Assembly (NCBI GenBank): GCA_047602405.1
Contig: JASGHJ010000002.1
Coordinates: 3,136,001-3,200,000 of the forward strand
Length of the DNA stretch: 64,000 nt
Reading direction: 5' to 3'
Source: Anaeromyxobacteraceae bacterium
Lineage (GTDB): Bacteria > Myxococcota > Myxococcia > Myxococcales > Anaeromyxobacteraceae
The stretch's first letter is position 1, and each line of letters begins with the position of its first letter. Below are positions 27,521-36,663 of the stretch, in pieces. Position numbers and translations under genes: made by a program. The notes beneath the pieces were generated by a model. That model did not search any database, was not told the origin of the DNA, and saw only the letters and a program-made list of their open reading frames with translations.

Positions 27521-30491
27521 ACTCTCCACGTGGTAGAGGGTCCGGCCGCGGACGATTCGGGCGCGGAGCACGAGGTCCAGGTTCGCGAGGGGCTGGTCCA
27601 CGAGAGTACCGAGGAAGTGACCCAACGCGGGCGCGCTGTGCACCCGCTTCCGGTCGGTCGCCTCAATCGCGTCGCGCAGCGCCGCCTCGTCGGTGTCCGA
27701 GGGTGGAAGGTCGATCCCTCCGTTCACTCGCCGGACCACTTCCGTGCATGAGAACTCCCGCGCGGCCGGAACGGCACCGCCCGGATCCACCACCCCGAAC
27801 ACCGCGGCGAGCGCGACGAGAGCCGAGACCTTCGCCTTCTGTTCCGGGCTCGACTCCGCGACCTCGGCCCGCTTATCGAAGATCCCGCTCTCCCCGGCGA
27901 AGGCGAGCGGCCACGTCACGAGTCGGTCCACGTCGCTGCCGAGGCCGAGGCTCGGCCCTTCCTCGCGTGCCCCAGCCGCGAACCACGCCCGCTGGATCGT
28001 GAGGAGCGCGTGGAGGACCTCGACGCGGATGGTCTGCGCATACGCAATCGGATCAGCGTTCCTGAACCTCCGCTGCTCGGGGCACGCCTCCTTCGCGAGG
28101 AGGTCGATCTTCACGAACCGCCGGATCAGGTCCGATGCGACCTCGACCTTGTTCCCCGTGAAGACGAACAGCGAGCACGTGGGCACGTCCACGTCCTGCG
28201 TCAGCCCGAGGATTCGCTGCGTGTAGACCGGCGACGTGATGATGGGCGACAGGACCGGGTTGTCGATCGTCGCGCCATCCGGGACGTTGTCGAAGCAGAT
28301 CATCGTCGGGCTGCGCATCAGCGTCGCGAGGATCTGCTTGCGAGCCTCGCCCTGATCCTCGGGCAACGTCTGCACCGCCATGTCTCGGCCAGTGAGGACG
28401 GTGTGCATCATCCTCGCGAGCGTCGTCTTCCCCGTGCCCTGGACCGTGGCGTTGATCAGGATCGCTGGGCCCTGGCTCGTCGCCTTCCTGGAGACCCCGG
28501 TGAGGAGCGCCGCGATCGCAGCGGCCCCGTCCACCCCGGCGTCCTTGAAGAAGCACCTCCGCGAAGAGCAGCTCGCGGATGCGATGCGCCGCTGCGACCG
28601 CCTCGTCCCTCGTCGGCGCCGGCTTCACCTGCGGGAACCGCCAGCCGTCGAATGACAGGAAGAGGCCCGTCGCGTCGTCGAGGCCCTCGCCTGAGAGGAG
28701 CCGACCGCTCGGAGTGTGAACAGGGTGGAGAACGAGCCCGGTGACGCGCGGCGCGCGCTTGTCCGGGAGGTCCAGCATGAAGGTCGGGAGCTTGTCGAAC
28801 GGAACCTCCATCGGGACCACAGCCCCCTTCTCGCCGCGCCGGTAGAGGCACACCGACTTCTCGATCGCGAGGAGCATCGAGACCTTCGTGTGCGGCACGA
28901 AGAGGACCTGCTTGGGAGGCGGGAGCCGGTCGTCCGGGGACCGGTGGGCGTTGTCCGGGTGCTCGGAGTTCGGGATCTCGTCCTTGGCGACCCGGACGTA
29001 GGCGCGGTCGATCCGGAGGAGTCCGTCCTCGATCAGCGCCGCCTCGACCTGGGGCAGCATCGAGTTGTAGGACATCGGGTTCCACAGGACCGGCGCGCGG
29101 TCCTTCGCGACGAGCGTGAGCCGGTCCTTCGACCTCGCCGCCTTGTAGGACGCCGAGCGCTCCGCAAAGAACACCTTCCAGGCGTTCGTGATCGCCCGCT
29201 TCTTCCCGATGTTCAGCTTCTCGACCACGAAGGTGAGCGCGTCCTCGAGCCCGACGGGATCGAGGTGCGCGTCATAGACGACCTTCGCCCACGCCTCAGT
29301 TGCGAGCGGCTCGTCGCGTTCGTTCGCGTCGAGTGCCAGTTCGACGAGGGCCCGCCTAACCTCCTCCAGCGACACCCCGGAGCCCGTCCGCGAGTAGATG
29401 CGCTGGAAGTAGCGCTCCTCGCCGGCCTTCGCCTTCTCCGCGCCGGCGCCGTGCGGGTACGAGATCAGGAGGTGTCGCGTCTCGCGGTAGCTGAGCCCGC
29501 GCGCCTTGAGCATCGAGCCCAGCGACATGTCGAGGCCGGACCTGGAATCGTCGCCGAGCCCCGTGCCTCGCCCCTGCCACCGCGCCTCCAGGAGCACGTC
29601 CGCCGCCCTGAGAGCGTCGAACCGCTCCGCCAAGGCGAGGCGCTCCCCCTCGTCGAGCGGGGCCGTTTCTTCCGTGAAGCTCTCTTCGCGGGGCGCACGG
29701 GGCGACTCCTCGGGAACAGGCTCGGGGAGGCCGTCCGAGAGCTGCGCGATCGTGTACCGGGCCCCCGCGTCGGCGTGCAGCACCGCCGCGAGACGCGCGA
29801 CCTTCGGGTATCCCTTCGCCATCTTCTTCTTGGTCGGGTGGTTCACCGTCCCGGCGAGGCGGAGTATGCGATCGACGTTGTGGGTCCCTGGGTCCCCGCC
29901 CCACCGCGCAACGAGGCGCCGGTTCAGGTGCTCGACGTCCGCGTGCTCCACAGGCTCCGCGAGCCGCCACAGGGCGGAGATGCCGTTCCCGGAACTCCAC
30001 ACGACCGTGGGTGGCGCCGGGCTCGCGGCCATCTCCGCGGCCACGATCTCGTGAAGGTAGGAGCGAGCTCCCGAGTAGCCGCCCTTCTGCGCCATGAAGG
30101 CGTCGGGGTCGATCTCGACGTGGGCGAACCGCGCCGCGCCGATCTCGGCCTTGGATGGCTTCTTGAAGACGCGCTCCGCGGGCGCGTTCACCGAGAAGTA
30201 GAGCTGCTCGCCCTTTCGGTTGTACGCGCAGGCGATCTCCGCGCCCTTCGCCCGCGCCGCGGAGTCCGACGCATCGATGGTGAAGCCCTTCATCCCGTCC
30301 GGCCCGAGGTGGCAGACGACCACGAGCCCCCCGAGCTGCTCCAGAAAGGCCGCGACGGCAGACTGGTCCGGCGCGACGGGTGGCGGCGTGATTCGCGTCT
30401 TGCTAGGCTCCTGGGAGTTGGTCGCTCTCGATGCTGTCCTGACGCGCTCGCCCTGCCCGGCGGGCGCGTCTGTTTCTTCGAGGCTCGTCAT
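27494..30491 (-). CDS. Primase (RepB/AEP-type)-helicase fusion, ~1000 aa, +1 frameshift near 28555
   Basis: LYFSVN, HVEID, SSGNG...WRL, DRILRLAGTVN (primase); QGTGKT and CFDNV (P-loop helicase). Confidence 0.85.
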
Positions 30492-30919
30492 GGGCGGGCC
30501 CTCCTGCGAACGCGGATGCAGCCCGGCGCGATGTTCCGGTCGGTCCGTCTCGCCTCGCGCGGCAGCCCGCCGACGTCGAGCATGTTCACCTCGCGCCGCA
30601 GGCGGTCTCCCCGCAGCCCATGGAAGGCATGTAGCCACTCGCGCACGAGAGCCCGCATTGCCGTGAGGTCCTCGCGGTGCATCAGGACGTCACTCGGGTG
30701 CGTCCACGCCCCCACGGCGCCGTCGATCCACCCGACCAACCGTGACACTGGCGAGGTGTCACGCCGGAGCGAGGCGAAGTTCTCCAGGGGTGGGAGCGTC
30801 AAGGTCAGCCCGAACTGCGCGTCCTCTTCCGCCCACGCTGCTTGCGCGGGAGAGCGCCGTGCGAGGCGCCAACGGCCGAGCAGCGGGCGCGGGTTGATGA
30901 TGCGTTGGCGAGTCGTCAT
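30488..30919 (-). CDS. Hypothetical protein (143 aa)
   Basis: Lies between AlpA and the primase, ATGA-coupled. Confidence 0.6.
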   Translation of the reverse strand: MTTRQRIINPRPLLGRWRLARRSPAQAAWAEEDAQFGLTLTLPPLENFASLRRDTSPVSRLVGWIDGAVGAWTHPSDVLMHREDLTAMRALVREWLHAFHGLRGDRLRREVNMLDVGGLPREARRTDRNIAPGCIRVRRRARP

Positions 30920-30928
30920 GGCTGCCCC

Positions 30929-31174
30929 CTACCGAGTGGCGTCGGCGAGCCCGCCGCGAAGGTTGGCAGCCCCGCGGCGCGCGGACTGCGGGCGCGCGAT
31001 CTGGCGGTCTACCCACGCGAGGATTTCTGACTCCAGCCAGGTGCGGCGTTCGGCGACGTAGGACGGCGCCGGGAAGTCCCCCGCTCGGCACCGGCGCCAG
31101 ATCGACACCCTGTGAAGCCCTGTCAGCCTCTCCGCGTCCCGGATCCCGACACGGCGGTCCGTTGCTGGTTTCAT
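30929..31174 (-). CDS. alpA: AlpA-family regulator/excisionase
   Basis: TGLHRVSIWRR...GDFPAP......WLESEILAW. Confidence 0.9.
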   Translation of the reverse strand: MKPATDRRVGIRDAERLTGLHRVSIWRRCRAGDFPAPSYVAERRTWLESEILAWVDRQIARPQSARRGAANLRGGLADATR

Positions 31175-31448
31175 CGCGCACCCGTTCCACGCCCCGATTG
31201 CTGGATCGGAAGGCCGTGCGGGCTACTCGTGGGGCGCGGTTCAGTTCAGACGCGCAAGCCGCCGGCCATGCTGTGTCATGGTGGGCGCTGCCTGTTTGAC
31301 TGATTGACTGGTTTGGCTGGTTTGCGCTGAGCGATGCCGCCGACTCAGGGGCCGATTGAGGTGGGCCGACCTAACTCGGGCACAGTACGCCCGCCGGGAC
31401 GTCCGACGCAACTACCGGCTGCGAGCGAGTGAAACCGACCGGACTACC

Positions 31449-32777
31449 CTACTTCCGAACCGTGTGCAGGAACGCGACCTTGGCCTGCTCGGGCGTGACG
31501 ATGCGCTCGACGTAGGCCGCCCACCGCGCGAGCGCCTCGCGGCGCTCCTCCAGGTAGTCGCCACGGTCGTACACCCGCGCGATGCGGCCGAGCGAGTGGT
31601 TGAGGCACCTCTCCGCGATGTGCGGCGCCACCCCGAGCGTCTCGCCGAGGTGCGTGCGGACCGTCCTCCGGAGGTCGTGCGGAGTCGGGTGAGGCTCCGC
31701 GAAGGCGAGGAGCGGCTTCTCGCCCTGGAAGAGCTTGCGCATGGCGGCGATCAGCGCCTTGTCGGTGTAGCGCCCGGTCTCGGAGTTCGGGCTCGCCATG
31801 ACGAACGTCGAGCCCTCCGCGTAGTGGCGGAGCTTCTCGAAGAGCGCGGCCACCGCGGGGGTGAGCGGAACCACGAAGGGCTTCGCCCGCCCGCGCATCT
31901 TCGGCTTCATCTTCTGCCGCTCCACCGGGATCGTCCACGTGCCCGCGTCGGTGTCGATCTCGTCCCACGTCGCGCCGAGCAACTCTCCCGGGCGCACGCC
32001 CGTGAGCAGCACGATCCGGAGGCCGATCCGCGTCTGCGGCGCCATGCTGCTCTCGTCGAGCGCGCGCCAGAACGCAGGGATCTCCCCGACCGAGAGGAAG
32101 CGCTCGGACTCGTTCTCGACCACCCCGAGCGCCTCGGGGTCCAAGGCGTCGGCAGGGTTCGAGGGAACGAGCCCGTGGCCCCGAGCGAAGCGGAAGATGC
32201 CCTTCACGTAAGCGAGGGTCCGCCCTGCCTGGGTCCGCGAGCCGCGCGCCGCTACGTGCTTCACGATCGCAGCCACCTCCGGCGGCGTGATCGCCTTCAC
32301 CGGGCGCGCGCCGAGCGAAGGGAGCACGTCCCTCGTGACAGCCCTCCTCACTTCGGGCGCCGTCCTCCACCCGAGCGCAGTCGCCACGTGCTCGAAGTAG
32401 TCCTTCGCGACGACCTCGAAGGTCGCCTCGCCGGCCAGCGTCGGCTCGGGACGATGGCGCGGACGGTTCGCCCGCAGCTCCGCCTCGACTTCGGTCAGCC
32501 GACCTTCCTTGTGGGCAGCCTTGAGCCGTTCCAGCCACCGACGCGCCTCGCCCAACGTCACGAACCCGGGGCGCTCCGCCTTCGTCCACTCGCCGATGGT
32601 GATCACCCTCCCCGCACTCGTGCAGTACCACCGGAAGACCTTCGTGCCCGTGGGGAGCACGCGCAGGCGCAGCCCGGCCGCTGCGGGGTCGGCCACCTCG
32701 TAGCGCCCGGCCTGCGGGCGCAGCGCCTCGATACGGGGCGGCGTGAGCGGCGGGATCTTCGTGAGCTTCTCGACCAT
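31449..32777 (-). CDS. int: Tyrosine integrase with N-terminal arm-binding domain
   Basis: GLRLRV.P.G.K.F arm domain; LLTGVRPGE, HDLRRT, LNH...VYDR catalytic residues. Confidence 0.96.
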   Translation of the reverse strand: MVEKLTKIPPLTPPRIEALRPQAGRYEVADPAAAGLRLRVLPTGTKVFRWYCTSAGRVITIGEWTKAERPGFVTLGEARRWLERLKAAHKEGRLTEVEAELRANRPRHRPEPTLAGEATFEVVAKDYFEHVATALGWRTAPEVRRAVTRDVLPSLGARPVKAITPPEVAAIVKHVAARGSRTQAGRTLAYVKGIFRFARGHGLVPSNPADALDPEALGVVENESERFLSVGEIPAFWRALDESSMAPQTRIGLRIVLLTGVRPGELLGATWDEIDTDAGTWTIPVERQKMKPKMRGRAKPFVVPLTPAVAALFEKLRHYAEGSTFVMASPNSETGRYTDKALIAAMRKLFQGEKPLLAFAEPHPTPHDLRRTVRTHLGETLGVAPHIAERCLNHSLGRIARVYDRGDYLEERREALARWAAYVERIVTPEQAKVAFLHTVRK

Positions 32778-32979
32778 GGCGGCCTCCGGAACCTGTCACC
32801 CCGCGGGCGACGCTTTCGGCCGCCATTCTGTCACCCCGGATCGCGCGCGGGGTGACAAATCGACCTCGCCAACGCTGCCGGTTGCAGGTGGTTGCGCGGC
32901 AGCTATCTTCGCTGGGCCTCAGCCATTTGGAGGGTCGCGACGCAACTGCCTGCAACCGCCAGAAACGGGGCCGAAATCC

Positions 32980-33025
<46 letters not shown>

Positions 33026-33028
33026 TAT

Positions 33029-33068
33029 AAAGGCCCGTAACCTGGGGACTTCCCGAGTTACGGGCCTT
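33029..33068 (+). terminator. Hairpin after attR (probably the terminator that preceded the insertion)
   Basis: aaggcccgtaac...gttacgggcctt. Confidence 0.65.
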
Positions 33069-33341
33069 GTCGCTATCTCGGCCCAGGTGCGCGGCAAGGT
33101 GCGTTCTGGTTTGGTCCGCTCGCCGCGGACAGGTAGGGCGGGCTCGTGCGCCGGGCAAGGGATGGAAAACGCGCATCTCACGAATAGTGCGCGTCACGCC
33201 TTGTCTGAAGAACCACAGGGAGGTATGCACCGATCCCGAAAGGGACTCGGAGCTTGGACTTAGGTCTGTTCCTCGAGCGGGCAGGCAAGCCGCCCGGGCC
33301 TACGCCCGAGCTGGCTCCACTCACGCCCGACGACGTCGTCC

Positions 33342-33917
33342 GTGCCTACTACTTCGAATCCCGCCGCCTTTCCCCGCGGTCCGGTCATCGACAACCAGCA
33401 GACACAGTTTAGATGGGAGCAGTCCACCTCAGGAGTAGCTTGGGAAGTCGAGCTTCGAACAGTTAACGGCGCGCTCGTAAACAGGAGTGTTGCAGGGGAG
33501 ACCTTCGCGATCCGCCGTGAACTGTGGCCTGCGCGCAGGCTCCGCGGGATGCCCGGCAAAGGGCGAGTCGCACACAACGCCTGCTTATGCCTAGCACAGG
33601 GATTCACTAGGTGTGGCGTTGGGCGGGAGATCTACCGGCGAGAAGAGGCGCTGTACCGCGCCTGGGGAGCCAAGGAGATTCACACGGAAGCCGCTTGCGA
33701 TGCCCTGAAGTCCGGCGTTTGGTTCGATTTCGGCTTCAAGGTCGCCCCCGACGAACTGAACTCGTTAGGTGTGATCTGGAGGGAACTGCAGGCGGAGATC
33801 CTGAAGCGAAGCGGGAACCAGTTGCGCCAACTAGGCGAAACTTGGGACACTTGGGAGCCTGAGTTCCGTCGCTTCATCGGCGAGCGCGAATCGGTTCCGA
33901 TGTACCGGGTGCTGTGA
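33342..33917 (+). CDS. Hypothetical protein, possible GNAT fold
   Basis: FTRCGVGREIY (motif-A-like) and VWFDFGF; lower GC. Confidence 0.55.
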   Translation: MPTTSNPAAFPRGPVIDNQQTQFRWEQSTSGVAWEVELRTVNGALVNRSVAGETFAIRRELWPARRLRGMPGKGRVAHNACLCLAQGFTRCGVGREIYRREEALYRAWGAKEIHTEAACDALKSGVWFDFGFKVAPDELNSLGVIWRELQAEILKRSGNQLRQLGETWDTWEPEFRRFIGERESVPMYRVL

Positions 33918-34597
33918 TGGAGTGGCATACACTTTACGTGATGTCGCCAGCAGAGGTTGCCTACGGGCGTGTGATCGCCGTGGTCACTCTGCGCGAGGCC
34001 AAGGTCCACCTGAGCGTGAGCGACCCCGAGTTCGCTCCCCTTTTGCATCGCTTGTTCGAGGAGGACTTCGAGGAAACTGTCGGGTTCCCTGGGCGCTTGA
34101 TTCGCGAGAAGGCGGGGACGCTGAACGCGTTTCGTGCGGCCGCCCGCTACCTGAACTCGGTCTTGGGGCTTGGAGTGGCGGTGCAGCAGGTTGCATCGAC
34201 ACAAGCTGTTTCCTCGGCTCGCCTCTCCTCGGTAGAGGCCGAGCGGATGGCACAAGCTGCCTTGTTCGTGCTCAGTGCCCGCGATCACGAGCGAGTGCTG
34301 CAGGCGATGACCTTGTGGCGTGCGGTGATGAGGTACAAGGCTGAACTCGCTTTGAGATATGGGTGCTTCAAACGGTTAGACCGGGAGCGCAGGGCCGTCG
34401 AGATGCGCAGGTTCCGGCAAGAGACACTGGTAGGGGCTCCCTCGGTGAGCGCGTTCCCGTCCCGGGTTCCCCTCGCGCATGCAGGGCCGGGCGCGGTACG
34501 CCCGACGACTGAAGGCCGGAGTCTCGACGACCTGGTCGCGGGTGCGGTCGTTGCCAAGGACTTCCTTGAGCGCCCACAGGGAAGGGCTCATGCCTAG
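33914..34597 (+). CDS. Hypothetical protein (227 aa)
   Basis: Overlaps both neighbours; lower GC. Confidence 0.55.
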   Translation: MMEWHTLYVMSPAEVAYGRVIAVVTLREAKVHLSVSDPEFAPLLHRLFEEDFEETVGFPGRLIREKAGTLNAFRAAARYLNSVLGLGVAVQQVASTQAVSSARLSSVEAERMAQAALFVLSARDHERVLQAMTLWRAVMRYKAELALRYGCFKRLDRERRAVEMRRFRQETLVGAPSVSAFPSRVPLAHAGPGAVRPTTEGRSLDDLVAGAVVAKDFLERPQGRAHA

Positions 34598-35012
34598 TCC
34601 AACCGAAGGCAAGTCACGGATCGTGTACTTTCTCGCTTGCGATCAAGCGAGAAGCGAAACCACGCGCAAGAACCTGTTCATCGGGGCATACGGTTCAGCG
34701 ATGGTCGTAGAAGGATCGTTCCCGGCCTTCCTTCCGTCACTTTCCTTGATCGCGTGCCTCCGCTTTCTGAAGCGCAAGGAGAATGTCACGGTTCGAGTGA
34801 CGATCCCGGGCGTTCCGGAGATCCAGGAGCACAAGGTGCCCTTTGAGGCGCCGAAGCCCGCGGACGCGATGACGTACATCCTCAACCTTTCACCTTGCGT
34901 CATCCCGCGCCCGGGCACCCTTAGGGTCGACTACGTCTTCGAAGACGGTCACACCGAATCGGGCGAACTAGAAGTGATGGCGGCGCAGGACTACAAAGCC
35001 TCGAAGTGGTGA
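34590..35012 (+). CDS. Beta-rich hypothetical protein, DUF6941-like
   Basis: FLACD.AR.E...K..FIG.Y......FP.....L pattern (recalled, not searched). Confidence 0.55.
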   Translation: MPSPTEGKSRIVYFLACDQARSETTRKNLFIGAYGSAMVVEGSFPAFLPSLSLIACLRFLKRKENVTVRVTIPGVPEIQEHKVPFEAPKPADAMTYILNLSPCVIPRPGTLRVDYVFEDGHTESGELEVMAAQDYKASKW

Positions 35013-35567
35013 CCGCGAGTCGACCGACCGGACAACGCCAGTTACGGTCTGGAAGAGCTACGCCGAGTTGGGCCAACTCCGCCCCGGGCTTCTTAGCGCC
35101 GTTCATTGCAGACCGGCCGCTCTTCTAGTTTTCTGGCGTCCACGGTGACCGGTAGGCGGAGTGCCCCCCCTGCGCGGCCGACAGGCGGCAGCAGGTTTCC
35201 ACCTACGAACGCCTCTTCGATACGTGGCTTTCGTAACCGCCTGGGGAACCCCGTCTGGCGAGCCTGACTGCAGGCGAATATTCCTCTGGTTTCTTCGAGA
35301 CACTCTCGTGCCCGCCCCCTCGTAAGAGGCATGCGGTGAGTGAACCTGGACAGAGAGTCACGTCCCGGACGAACGGTTTTGCGTTTTCTGCGGCTCTCGA
35401 CTGGCCCCCGCTCAGCCAGAAGATCTCCGCCACGACCTCGACTTCGCGAAGCCCGTCCTCGCCGAGATCCCGCACGGCTTCCCGCTCGAGACACGCCGCC
35501 AGGCGCTTGGCTTCGCCGTCTGGGTGTGGAACGCGCTCGTTATGGTCGCCCGCGGCCGCCCGGCGGG

Positions 35568-35828
35568 ATGAGCGCTGGCAACTGCGTGGTGGGCCACATG
35601 ACCCCGGAAGCGCTCGCAGCCTCGGGCAAGATGGGAGGCCCGATGACCGTGAAGTTCACGGTCGACCCGGACGGGAACGTCGCGGAACTACTCGATGATC
35701 ACGAACGGCGTACCGAAGGGCATCTCGGACGCGATCGAGGCCGCCTTGAAGGCCTGCCCCTGGGAGCCGACGCTCGACCTGAGGGCCGCCCGGTCGCCTC
35801 CGACTTCCTCCTGCCCATGCGGTTCTAG
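35568..35828 (+). pseudogene. Fragment resembling a TonB C-terminal-like domain, two frameshifts
   Basis: VKFTVDPDGNV / AIEAALKACPWEP / EGRPVAS...LPMRF split over two frames. Confidence 0.4.
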
Positions 35829-35876
35829 GCACGTCGTCCTGAGCTCCCGCACCACCGAACCACTTCGATCAGAAGG

Positions 35877-36659
35877 ATGCCCGCGATGAGCTCCACGGCC
35901 CGCCACCTGTTCTTCTGCTGGATGGCGCTCGGCCCGGCCGTCGCCTCGGCCCAGCCCGGTCAGACATCGCCCCCCGCCGACTCGAGCCCGCCCCAGTGGC
36001 AGGTCCTGCGCGGGATCCGGGACTTCGGCGGCCTCGGCGAGTACGCCGCGGCGAACGCGAAGCTGCCCCCTGCGCCGCCGAACCGGGTCGTCTTCATCGG
36101 GGACTCCATCACCGAGCGCTGGGGCAAGGAGTCCCCGTTCTTCCCGGGCCAGCCGTTCCTGAACCGCGGGATCCCCGGTCAGACGACGGCGCAGATGCTG
36201 ATCCGGTTCCGCCAGGACGTGATCGACCTGAAGCCCGCCGCCGTGATCATCCAGGGCGGGCTCGCGGACATCGCCGGCTTCACCGGGCCCTCGAGCCTCG
36301 GGGAGATCGAGAGCAACCTGCGCTCGATGGCGGAGCTGGCGAGCTTCCACCACATCAGCCCGATCCTCGTCGGCGCGCCGCCGGCGGCCGACTACCCGGG
36401 CCGCACGGGCCCGGAGCCCGCGAGGCAGATCGTCGCCTTGAACGAGCGGCTGGCGCGCTACTGCGCCTCCGCGAACCTCGTGTTCCTCGACTACCATGCC
36501 GCGCTCGCCGGGCGAGACGGGCAGATGCGAGAGGGCTTCAGCGACGACGGCGTGCACCCGAACGAGAAGGGCTACGCGCTCCTGAAGCCCCTCGCCGAGC
36601 GGGCGATCGCGGACGCCTTGAAGCGGCGGGCCAGCCGGCCGGCCGCGCCGCCACGATAG
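35877..36659 (+). CDS. SGNH/GDSL hydrolase, exported
   Basis: VFIGDSIT, NRGIPGQTT, DGVHPN. Confidence 0.92.
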   Translation: MPAMSSTARHLFFCWMALGPAVASAQPGQTSPPADSSPPQWQVLRGIRDFGGLGEYAAANAKLPPAPPNRVVFIGDSITERWGKESPFFPGQPFLNRGIPGQTTAQMLIRFRQDVIDLKPAAVIIQGGLADIAGFTGPSSLGEIESNLRSMAELASFHHISPILVGAPPAADYPGRTGPEPARQIVALNERLARYCASANLVFLDYHAALAGRDGQMREGFSDDGVHPNEKGYALLKPLAERAIADALKRRASRPAAPPR

Positions 36660-36663
36660 GACC

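Noticed and set aside
31290..31325. TTGACTG/TTGGCTG short repeats between int and alpA
   Set aside because: Possibly operator sites, but too short and degenerate to support a call
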